Below, piece after piece: positions 39,393 through 50,636 of a stretch of DNA of 64,000 nucleotides. Under the pieces are notes generated by a model. That model worked only from the letters and a program-made list of their open reading frames with translations. It was not told the DNA's origin and did not search any database. Each line of letters opens with the position of its first letter. Position 1 is the stretch's first letter. Origin of the DNA: Yuukianura sp. NJ FZ-2021 (Eukaryota); contig CM102290.1 in NCBI GenBank assembly GCA_046563655.1, forward strand, positions 4,650,001-4,714,000, in the 5' to 3' direction. The position numbers and the translations under genes are program-made.

Positions 39393-40088
39393 ACTCCAAC
39401 TCAATTGTTTTCCAATTTCAAAGCAGGAAGATCATTGAATTTCAAAGCATTATTGTGAATTTTTTTTTAGAAATTTGTTTGCTCAGCATCGATAAATTTT
39501 GTGTTAAATAGAGAACTGGTAACATGTCAATTATGTCGATATATTTTGTTGCCAGTAGAATTGACAACTAAATCGTTGACATATTTTAACTTTGGGGATT
39601 AATTCATAGTTGTGTAGCGCTAAATTTGAATCGAATGCCTCAGTAACACAAGGGACTTTTAGTCAGACCTTTTGTTCTCCTCCGTCGTCGTCCAGGACGA
39701 CTCGTCCTTGTCATTGCTTTTACGTTTTGTATTTGTTTACGATTTGTATTTTCTTGTTACTGCTGTGGTTTATTTCTTTAACTAGTTTACGATTTATTAA
39801 ATTACTATCAATCTATCGTCGTGTTATAATCGTCATTTCCTGGTTGGTGGACTCTGCTCGATTGGTGGGTTCTACACTCTACATATTCAGTATTCAACGA
39901 GAAGGACTGAGCCCTGCTCCGTAAGTCAAGTGTGAACTGTTCAGTTGGGGTTTCTTTACTACTGGTACTACACGAAGTAGTTTAACTGATATTACTTGAT
40001 TTGCGTTAGTACTGCTTTTATACACTTTGTTGTCAATTGAATGGCTAAGAAGGAAGGAACATGATAGTAAGACGAGAGATTTCATATT

Positions 40089-43000
40089 ATGATTGCTTTA
40101 GATGACGTGATGGGTCGACGAGGACGTGCAGCAGGAGGTCCATCTCGAGGAGGCAACAATGGAATAATCTTAGAATTTGCTAAACCATCAGCCCCGGCGG
40201 CCAGTAGCTCCACAACTCAAAAGAAACCGGAAATCCCTACTCCTGTGAAACCATTTCCGTTGCCACGAAGTGCTTCTGCATCACCCATATTTGCTGATGA
40301 AGCAGAACATCATTATGAAAAATGTAGTTCAAACTTATGTGACAAGGTAATTATGTCTACTTATAAACAACGATTGCATGAGCTGTTATTGTTGAACTTA
40401 ATTTGTTTACATCTTCCTATTTCTGACGACAGGATCATGTTCTTGGCCTTGTCAACTATTGGAATAAGGGAACACAACGTCGAAAGGAGCTACTTACCCT
40501 GAACACGAATCCCAACTACGAGGAGTTTGAGGCCCTTCGCAGAGCGAAGAAGTTAGACGCAACGTTGAAGCGATGCAGTGCATTTGTGAAGAAGTTGGTA
40601 AGTGTGGAGTTGAGTATAGTGTGAGCATCTTATTAGTAACCGATTTTTCATGCGGTCCATATGTTTGCTTCTAGAAAAACTGTAGTGGCTCGCAAGCAGA
40701 AGCGGTTGAAAAGGAGATTGAAGTTTTGAATTTAACAAAGTATTTGTCAGAAATTTGTGCTGCCGTGACGGACAATCGTTTGAAAGATCGGAACCACGTT
40801 TGGGAAATCCTATCTATTTGCTCAAAACTCCATCAGCGTTATCCGGACTTCTCAGCATCACTCTTGGAAGTATTCAAAGGAAAGTTCAATACTAAAACGG
40901 TATAATATTACTTCCTCTCATACTCAAGCTATATCGTTAAATTGGCTTGGATGTCACATGCAAGAATGGCAATTCCTTTCCAGACCGATCCTGATTGGAA
41001 CATCCTAGGTGGTGATCTCCGACTGCTTACGGAATGTATGATCTGCGGTATTCTAGGGGATGAAGCATTTCCTCTTATTCAAATTGGTCTCCGTCAGCTG
41101 GTCGCCAGTAGAGATACTAGCGCCCACATGAACATAATGCTCTCATATGTGAAGGACTTTGGCCTTGACTTCGCCGGTATTTTTCCAAAAGGGGTACAAA
41201 TTCTTTGTGATACTTACTCAATCAGTAAACCTAGTAGTGACCTAGTGAGCCCTCAGAAGCAACAAAAAATCAAACTTCTCGTCAACGAGTATATGAACAA
41301 CGTCTGTACCAGCTTGAGCAAGGTTAGTGAACCATCTCTTTGAATTTTTAGAAATGATTTGTAGGTGCTTAAGATTCTGTTTACTTATTGTAGCTGCACG
41401 AGGAAATGAACAAGTCGCAATTGATCTGTCGTAAACTGTTGAAGACGAAAGGGGAAGTCCTTAAGGACCGCGAAGATATACATAAGGACCTAGTCGCTAA
41501 CTTCGAAAGATTGCACACATTTACCAAGAAGCTTGCATTCTACACTGATATTGCTTTGCCTGAATTGCAAGAACTGCCACCAGGTAAATTAAATAACTTC
41601 ATTAGATAATTCTTTTCCTTCGACTAAAATTCATACCAATTGTCAGATTTTATTTGTCATTGGAAAACAGTGTAAGTTTGTATTTTTATTTGCCTACCAT
41701 TCGCTGTAGATGAAGATGATGAGGATATTCCAAATATGTCTTGTGCTGATGTCGCTGAGACTGACACTTCTAAAGCGAATCGTGCAACGTTTTTCGACGA
41801 CGAGGAGATACGTTCCTTCTATCAAGACATACCCGAACTTTCAAAGTACCTCACTAATGCTGCTAGGAGGGAAAACACAATGCTATTAGAGCAACAGGTA
41901 ATTGAAATGTTATTAAAAATGACACTTGTTCTTTTACTTAAAATCAATGTTACTCAGGCTGCAGCGTTGGCGGCTGCAGAAGCAAGTGTTGACGTAGAGT
42001 CTGAGATTGCCGAGTTGCAGTCCGATGAAGCTTTGGTAAACGCTTCGGCTGAACCAGATATGGATCAAGACCTGGCTGATACCTCAATTTCCATGGGTAA
42101 ATGTATTTTACTGCTATGTTCACAAACAGACATTTCATGCTTGTTAAGTTTTAATTTTTTATAAATATTTCAGAGAACCTAGCCTTAGATGAAGAGCGAG
42201 CACCGCCAAAATTTGCTGAATTCATAGGCTCACTTCGACATTGCGTTAACCGGAATATGGTGGACGCGGCTGCAGAAATGTTTATGGCTAACTTCAACAA
42301 TAAGCCTAACCGCAAAAGATTGATCAAGTAATGACGTTGATAGCAATCAAATCGCATACTCTAAATAGGTCAGAATTTAAGCCGTCACAATTAATTTTGC
42401 TGTTGTTTGTAGGGAGATCTGTCATATTCCGCGGCAACGTGTGGATTTGTTACCGCTGTGGGCACGATTAGTTGCCGTGCTGAATCCAGTTGTTCCTGAA
42501 GTCGGAGCCGAGGTTACCACTTTCCTCAAGAAAGAATTGTGGATCTTGCTGAAGCGCTGTCATCCTACGTTTATTGAGAACAAGTTGAAAATTTCTCGGT
42601 TCTTGGCAGAATTGACCAATTTTGAAGTCCTGCCGCATATTGATGCTTTCAACACCCTGCGACGTCTCCTCTCCAACTTCGTCAATCATGAACTTGAAAT
42701 GTGCTGCGCCTTTGTTGAATGCTGCGGCAGATACTTGATTAAAAACCCAGCGACCAAAAGGAGAATGAAATTATATATGGTAAGAATAACTTTTTTGACA
42801 AAAATTACTTAATGGAGTTGGAGTAGTTGCGTTCGTAACGTTTGGACTTATTTTTAAATTCCCAGGATTTGATGCAACGTAAGAAGCAAGCCAAAGTCTT
42901 AAATCCTCGACATATAGACTTGGTGGAGCAAGCTTTTCTGGTCGTTTTCCCTCCAGAAGGACGAAAAGTGAAACCAATTCCAATTATGCAAAAGTTTCTG

Positions 43001-45040
43001 GAAGACCATGTGTACTCACGTTTGAAGTGGAGCACCATAGGCGAATCTGTTGAACTGCTGCGAGCTCTCAACTTGAAAGATCCGGAAGTAATTTCATTTC
43101 AATTTTTGAAGAACTACCTCTCTCATACTAATTTCCAATAATTGTGAACTTTTTTTTTTTGGTTGTAGTCGCTTGAAGTTGTTCATAACATCTTTACCCA
43201 ACCTTGGCACATCGCCAACAATCGACTCGACATTACTTGTGGTCTCTTGGCCCGGCTTGAGGATTATCAGGTAATACAATGTTCCAGTATTTGCTAACGA
43301 CATAATCTGTAATCGACGCCTTCCTAATGAGCTAACGTTTTGATATTTTTGAAGCCGACATTCGTCAATAACGTCGCCGACACTGTTATGGTCGAAGTAA
43401 ATCATGGAATTGGTCATATCCATATTCTCAACAATCAGTTTATGGTTTCTCTAATTAACTACGTATGTGATCTCTTCTGCTACCAAATTTACTCTTGTGA
43501 GACCATTCTTCAGGTATGTAATGCCAAATTGCAATTACCAATCCAGAAAATGAAGCGTTCCTAATCATTGTCTAATCATTGACATACATAATCACTCTAG
43601 CTTATGTACTGCTTGATCTCGAAAGGAGTCTCGTCAGATTACAAGAAACCGTCCAAGATGGATCCTCCCAGGTCAAGCTTTCGTTTGCGACTCGTCACTG
43701 TACTGCTGAAGGGGTGTGGTGATTATTTCTTGGATGACAAAGTCAATAGAATGAAACTTTATATTTTCATCATTTACCTTCAGGTATTCGTATTCTTAAT
43801 TATTGATTTACCTCATATCAACCATAAAATGATGGCGTATTGTAATTCTTTTGTTATGATTTTTTGCAGCGTTACATGTACTTCAAATCAGAGGATCCAG
43901 TGTGGCAGAAGGCCCACACTCCATATTCATATGAACCATTTCAAGTCGTAGAAGACCTAATTCGTCATTTATTTCCCAAGAAAAAGACATACCAAACCTA
44001 CGAACTGGCGTGTGAGAAAGTGAAGAAATTGGAGAAGAAACTGACGAAAGAAGCAACTGCTCATCAATGGTTTCCTCAGCCATCGGAGGAACGAGGAAGT
44101 CGCGTATTGTCCAATCGCCCTTCCCTTCACAAAATTCATGAATGTGATGGTAAGTCCAGCTTCGAATTTAACAAAGGATTTTGCTGTTAACTTAAATGGA
44201 AATTGTTTAGAAATGGGTGACGAGATGCGTCCTGATGCTATGAAATGGATGCCTACCCAGGCCGATGCTAATCCAAACAGTATTGGATCTGAATCTGTGG
44301 CTGAGCCATTCTTTGCGTCAAACTATAATGCGATGACAGTGGAAAACAGATCTCAGGTTAGTACTAACTTACATGGTCGGTTCGGTTGTTGACCCGAATA
44401 GTTAATAACGACTTGAAAATGTTTATCTGACTCGACTGCCTGGATGTGTGTGTAATTAATTTTTTGCTTGATTAGTATTTGCATGGAGATTTTGATGAGT
44501 TGAACCCAGAAGAATTGGATGATGATGAGACCATGGAAGCGACTCCAGAAGAAGGAATGGAGTTTGACCGTCAGTTGGGGATGCTGTTTTCTAATGCTGT
44601 GGTTCAACGTGAAGCACGAGTCATCAACAGCGATATCCGTATCCCCTTACACCTAGAGAAGAATACGCAAGGAAAAGAAGCAGAGGAACAACCGTCAGGC
44701 ACTATCAGTTATGCAATTCTGCTCAAGAAAGGAAACAAACCGAATATCAAGCACGTAGATGTACCAGAAGCCTCGGAATTTGTCAAGCGTATGAGAGACA
44801 GAGAAGCTGTAAGTTTTATTCTAATGATTACTATTTAGTACAGTTTTAGAAACTAGACTTTTTAAAAAAATGCAAGGTCAATGTCCCTTAATCCATGTAT
44901 TGTAATTAACTTCTATTTGGCAGATTGAACGCGAGGAGAGAGCACAAATCAAGGCCAAAACGCTTGGCATTAAACAGTTGCAAGATAAAGAGGAACTCAT
45001 GGAAATCCAACGGCAGTTCCAGTTTTCCACCAGAAAGTGA
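40089..45040 (+). CDS. UPF2: Regulator of nonsense transcripts 2 (UPF2)-like, divergent; three MIF4G domains plus a C-terminal UPF1-binding region
   Basis: LDATLKRCSAFVKKL, LNLTKYLSEI, LHQRYPDFS (MIF4G-1); FFDDEEIRSFYQDIPEL; CVNRNMVDAAA, RQRVDLLPLWARLVAVL, RFLAELTNF (MIF4G-2); MDPPRSSFRLRLV (MIF4G-3); ILLKKGNKPNIKHVDVP...IKAKTL. Stop TGA at 45038-45040. Confidence 0.88.
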
Positions 45041-45480
45041 AGTAAATGGAAATCGTCTCTATTAGCTAAGAATAGTTCAAAAATTGCAAATTATATTTAT
45101 TGTTTATGATGCCAAAGTAGCAGCCTTGTCATCTGAAATAGGAATCCTATCATAAACCTCGTACAAATGTTTTGTGGATTTCATGTTACGTTTCTGCCCC
45201 CAGAATTAAATTATAAGTATTCTATTTTCGAACATGTTTTTCTAGAGTTTTAGTCCCGGTTTACTTCATTTACAGAATTTTTACATATGTAAATTCGAAG
45301 AAGACGGAAAGTAAGGATATGAATTTTCAAACGTAATTATCTCAGGCTACTGCTTTTGGTATAAAAGTTTGTTATTTTCAATATTTCTTTCCAGTCTCTA
45401 GTTGAAGTTAGACGGAAGACGACTTCCTACGACCTTCTCAAACTCCGCATCCGCAACATATCTCATCTCATTCACCCATC

Positions 45481-46374
45481 ATGGAAGGACCGGTTGAGGG
45501 CGACCTTAAACGTGTCAGATTCGCTCCACTTCCACCTCCAGCATCTCTTGGAATAGCTCATATTTATGAAAATGTCAGGATCCGTACCAATTCGGCTTTA
45601 ATTTCATCACGCATGACAAGAGGTATCACCGAACTGATGCTACGGAAACGATCGAATTCTGCTTGTGAGCTGCGGGCATCCTTTTACAATGAATTTCGGA
45701 TGGAATTGAAGGAACGAGTCACCGCTCAATCGACTGCCAACCTCTGTCAACAGTGAGTAATTTCAACAAAGAATTTAAAAAACAGTAGATTTTATTGTTA
45801 GTAACGATTCTAGTTTATATATTTTTTGATTCTTCAGAGAAACTGGTAAAGAGGAAGTCATAAATGGATTCCTGAAGCAAAACTATTATGCCGGAGACTG
45901 TACGTTCGGATCTGGAAACTCATTTTTTAAGACGTTTTCTGTAAGTGTAGCTCTGAACTGAACTTGGTACAACTAAATATTTGAGAATTAAAATGAAATC
46001 TATATTTTAGTTGATTCTCAACACTCCTGGAGCTAAACGAAACCACGGGCTACGAGGTGTGACGGTCTGGCCCGAAAATGCTGTCGATTTGAGCCCTGGC
46101 GCACGCATTCGTTTGAGACAGAAGGTCATTGTGGACGTTTTGGCACTGGACAGAAACATTTTGAGAGGTCGCAAACTGAAAAGAAGCGACCTATTGAACC
46201 GTAAGCTTTGTCTTTTCATTTCAGTTTTACAATCTTCATCTCAAATCGAACTTTGTGACATTTTTTTTTGATTTTTTAGCGTTCGCATTGTGTTCCAGAC
46301 AACGAGTCACCGACTTCCTCTACTCTCTCGTCACATACATTCAGAATCAAAACCCTCCAGTCGGTCCATTCTAG
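45481..46374 (+). CDS. Uncharacterised 4-exon protein (~220 aa) with an N-terminal KRVRF motif
   Basis: Phase-consistent splicing CA|gtgagt..ttcag|A, TCT|gtaagt..ttttag|TTG, C|gtaagc..ttttag|CG; ends ...QNQNPPVGPF*. Confidence 0.6.
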
Positions 46375-49300
46375 TCAGCAACTAGGAAATCATGGATGCT
46401 TGGATCTCGGTCATTTGCCAACTCAATCATTTTCTACCTAGGTTTGTATTCGCCTTAACTAATTAATTCTTAACCTTGAACTTTTACACTGTGTAGTGGT
46501 GAAAACTTTTTCACAGTGTATTAGGTATTAATTTTAGTAACTACGCGTCTGTATCTCAGACGCTCCTTCAGTCCTGTGTCGTAACGAAATTTTAACCTTG
46601 AACTCATAAGTCTTAACCTTATTGTCATCTCTTTAGCAACATTTGTATGTACATATTTCTCGTAAGTAAATTTTTCCAGGCGACAATATGCCTCTGGACT
46701 CTCCCAGTGAGTCTTAAACCTAAATCGTGAAACGCTCATTATTATGCATTTTATAAAATTGCATTGAATTGAATATGATAACTTTTGAAAACCTCAAATT
46801 TCACATTGAAGTTACTGTATGTAAGAAGTTGTATGTTTTCTCATGGAGATGGCACAGAAAACTGCAGATCTCTACCGCATCTCTGAAGATTGGCCATTTG
46901 CCAAGAGCCAACTCACTTTGTGATTTTTTTAAATCATTGTCATAAAATGTGCATATGAATCTCAAGGTCTTAGGGATTATGGGTTTGGCCACAACCTTTC
47001 AACGTCACTACACGAACCAGACAGCACGTTACCCATCAAAGTCCAGTTCCGAGCCGATATAAAACTTTATCAGGTATGATTACATTATTATTTGTCATTC
47101 TTCAAGTACTTATTGGAACACCAACCCTCAATGTCCATTTTGACTTTAGACAATTCCAAAGTGACATCCAGTTAGCTGCTGTCTCCGCTTTTTTGGAAGA
47201 TCATTTTCCACCAAACATTCGGAGAGCTGATTCCAATTGGAACTCAATTTAACACCACTAGAAACCCAACTTACGCCGCTTTACGGTCAACAGTTTACTC
47301 TAAAGGTCAACGTTACGGACGACACTACGATTACCATGGAGGTCCAAGGTCATGTTCAACGAGCAATTTGTAAGTTTTTCGTTAAGAAGAAGTTAGAAAC
47401 TTTTAAAACAAAAGAGAAAGTTCCTACCCATGTACTTATTTCAAAATTGAAACAGGGAACAGGGGCGCTATGAATTAGGTTTGAATTAGCGAGTTTTTTT
47501 TTTGTTTTTGTTTTGTTTTTTTTTTTTTTGGAAAATTTTAAATGTTTTTGAAAATTGCTCATAGAACCTACCATTTCCATTTTCTTTTGTTTTCAATTCT
47601 TCTAAGGAAATCGTCTGACGTAAGGAACCAATGAAGTCTACTTTCTACGACAGACAAAGCAATTAGAAATTTGAGCAGACAGTTTGTTCCTTGTGCAGTC
47701 TGTAGTATGTCTTGTGGCTTTCCCACATTAACTTGTTCACTTTATATTCAAGTCATGTTGCCTTAAGAAGTCCTCAATGAACACATACTTTAAGTCTTAA
47801 AGATGTAAGTACTACTTTAGTCGGTGGACATCAACAAGAGGTCAACTACTCGTGGAATGTTTGTTGTCAGGCAGGAGGTGTGCCCTCCTCTTGTTCTTTA
47901 TCCAATTCCTTTCTTATATTTTATCCGAAATCAATATTGACCTTGTAACCACGACCTTCTGCTTTTCTGGTTGTCCATTTTTTTTTTGAAAAAGACTGGT
48001 TTTTTCATGTTCAAGACAAGACAAATTGCTACAATTTTCCAACGCCACTTAGCATTTGGACACAAAAAAGTTCAGAGCATTGATGTTCCACCGTAGTCCA
48101 CTTTTTGTTTACTATTGGATTAAATAATATTATTTTTACAAGGATTTGGAAATAACTAGTGAATTTGGTATTGTGCTGATTGAAGTAGTGATTAATTCAA
48201 AGTGCATCAGTCATCATTACGGGGGAAACTTAAGAATTGGTGTCCTTAAGCACTACTTTCCTGGGTTTCTGCCTCCCATTCCATTGAAGTGCTACTATTT
48301 ACTTTATTAAGTGCCGAAGACAACGGAGCGATACATAACCTAACTGTGATGTATGCTTTATAATTGTTGTGAATTGGCAAATCCCCTATCAAGTCATTGG
48401 TTCTGCCTAGGCTAAAAAAACTTTTGCCAAAACCTTATAATAGTATTGGTAATCTCCTCAAGGAAGTTGTTCGTGTCCAAAGCAGGGACTACTAACGCGG
48501 TTTGTGTCTTTGGATTGTGTCAGTGTCAGCGCTGTCTCAGCGACGACAAATCGCTACTCATCGCAATTTTAAGTTTTTCACCAATTTTGTATGGATTTTG
48601 ATACGTTCCGGAGTGCTTGAGGTCAAAAGACGCCCAAAAAGTGCCTGCAACAAGGACATTAGTGTTAACATCGGTAGCCAAATCTCTGTTTTTTTTTTCG
48701 AGTTGGTCGAATTCTTTCGCAAATTTACAATTTGCAAGTTAAACGTACACGAAAATTGGTTGAGAGTTTTAAGAACTTAATTGCCTCATAGACATCACCT
48801 CCTGTGGTTGACAGGAACTTAAGTGCTGTGCAAAGGTAACTTTAAATTTAAACTTTACAAGAAATTCGAGGGTTTTGGAACTAAAAACCGGTTTTCGTTT
48901 TGCTTCATTGACAAATTAATGGGACATTTATGAAAATAAGTAGGTAATCAACTGATCGTCGTAAGGTGATGAGGCGTGGAGTGGTTGGTGACGATTATAC
49001 TGTGCAAATACAAACATGTCGACCAACCTGTATTCCAAAAAACTCCCAAAAGGCCTTCAACCGATTGACTGACTGACTCAGATTTGATTGTAAAGTGCCA
49101 CTGAAGAGGTTGAACTGGTTGTATCCTAAAAGACTCTTAAGCATTTACGTAATTACTTGAGTTTTGTTAATTAAACCTGAGATTGCACGCAATTAGGTGA
49201 TTAATAAACCGTTGTAAACGCCGTACGTAAGTAGCGAAAGGAAGCTAGTGCACATCCCGGAAAGTGTCGACTTCCGGTCAAACCGGAGCCGTATTAATCA

Positions 49301-49459
49301 CCCCAGGGCTATGATATACTGATTTGTGAAAACAGATTGCAAATCGGTCCAGGGGTTTTGGAGGTATAGCTATAATGCAGACAGACATACAGACTCGGGG
49401 AAAACATAAAGTAGGTCATACTTCCCCGAGTAGGACGAGGGACGCCATTTTGTAAATTC

Positions 49460-50570
49460 TATCGTCTGTATCTCTGGAACCGTAGATCAAAGGTCAAGGT
49501 CACCTTCAAAAAAGTTGTTGAGCACAATGAAATAAACAACTTTTGTATAGGTCATTTTTCGATTACCGTCAACAAAGTACTTGACCGTGACCTTTGACCC
49601 AGGCCTGGACAACATCCGGTCAAGCTGGACGCTGATTAGACACCCCTGGAACATGTGAAGAGTAAATGTGAAGCCAGATTGGAAATCGCTCCAGTGGTTC
49701 TGGAGTTATAGACGCGAATATCATAAGTGACCCCATTATGTAACTTCTAAGGTCTTTATCTCCAGAACCCCAGGTCAAAGGTCAAGGTCACCTATACAAA
49801 AGTTGTTCAGTTCAATAAAATGAACAACTTTTGTAAAGGTCATTTTTCCGATTTCAGTCATAAATGTATTTGACCTTGACCTTTGACCCTTAAAGGGGTC
49901 TACTTCCGGTCAAATGAGTCACCGATTGTTCACCCCCAGACCGTGTCAAGTTCACCTGTGAAAACAGTTTGGAAATCGCTCCAGTGGTTCTGGAGTTATA
50001 AACGCGAATATCATAAGTGACCCCATTATGCAACTTCTAAGGTCTATATCTCCAGAACCCCAGGTCAAAGGTCAAGGTCACCTATACAAAAGTTGTTCAG
50101 TTCGATTAGATGAACAACTTTTGTATAGGTCATTTTCCCGATTTCTGTCAAAAATGTATTTGACCTTGACCTTTGACCCTTAAGGGGTCTACTTCCGGTC
50201 AAATGAGTCACCAATTGTTCACCCCCAGATCGTGTCAAGTTCACCTGTGAAAACAGTTTGGAAATCGCTCCAGTGGTTCTGGAGTTATAAACGCGAATAT
50301 CATAAGTGACCCCATTATGCAACTTCTAAGGTCTATATCTCCAGAACCCCAGGTCAAAGGTCAAGGTCACCTATACAAAAGTTGTTCAGTTCGACTAGAT
50401 GAACAACTTTCGTATAGGTCATTTTCCCGATTTCTGTCAAAAATGTATTTGACCTTGACCTTTGACCCTTAAGGGGTCTACTTCCGGTCAAACGGGTCAC
50501 CGATTGTTCACCCCCAGACCATGTCAAGTTCATCTGTAAAGACAGATTGAAGATCGGTCCAGCGGTTCCA
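49460..50570. repeat. Tandem array of ~289-290-bp units (about 3.8 copies)
   Basis: ggaaatcgctccagtggttctggag recurs at 49681, 49971 and 50260, with a variant at 50549. Confidence 0.95.
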
Positions 50571-50586
50571 GAGCTAGCTTGACCAG

Positions 50587-50636
50587 CAGACGGACAGACA
50601 GACGGACAGACAGACGGACAGACAGACAGACAGACT
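50587..50636 (+). repeat. (GACA/GACG)n microsatellite
   Basis: cagacggacagacagacggacagacagacggacagacagacagacagac. Confidence 0.95.

Noticed and set aside
49460..50570. CRISPR array
   Set aside because: Whole ~289-bp units repeat with no unique spacers; eukaryotic context and no cas genes
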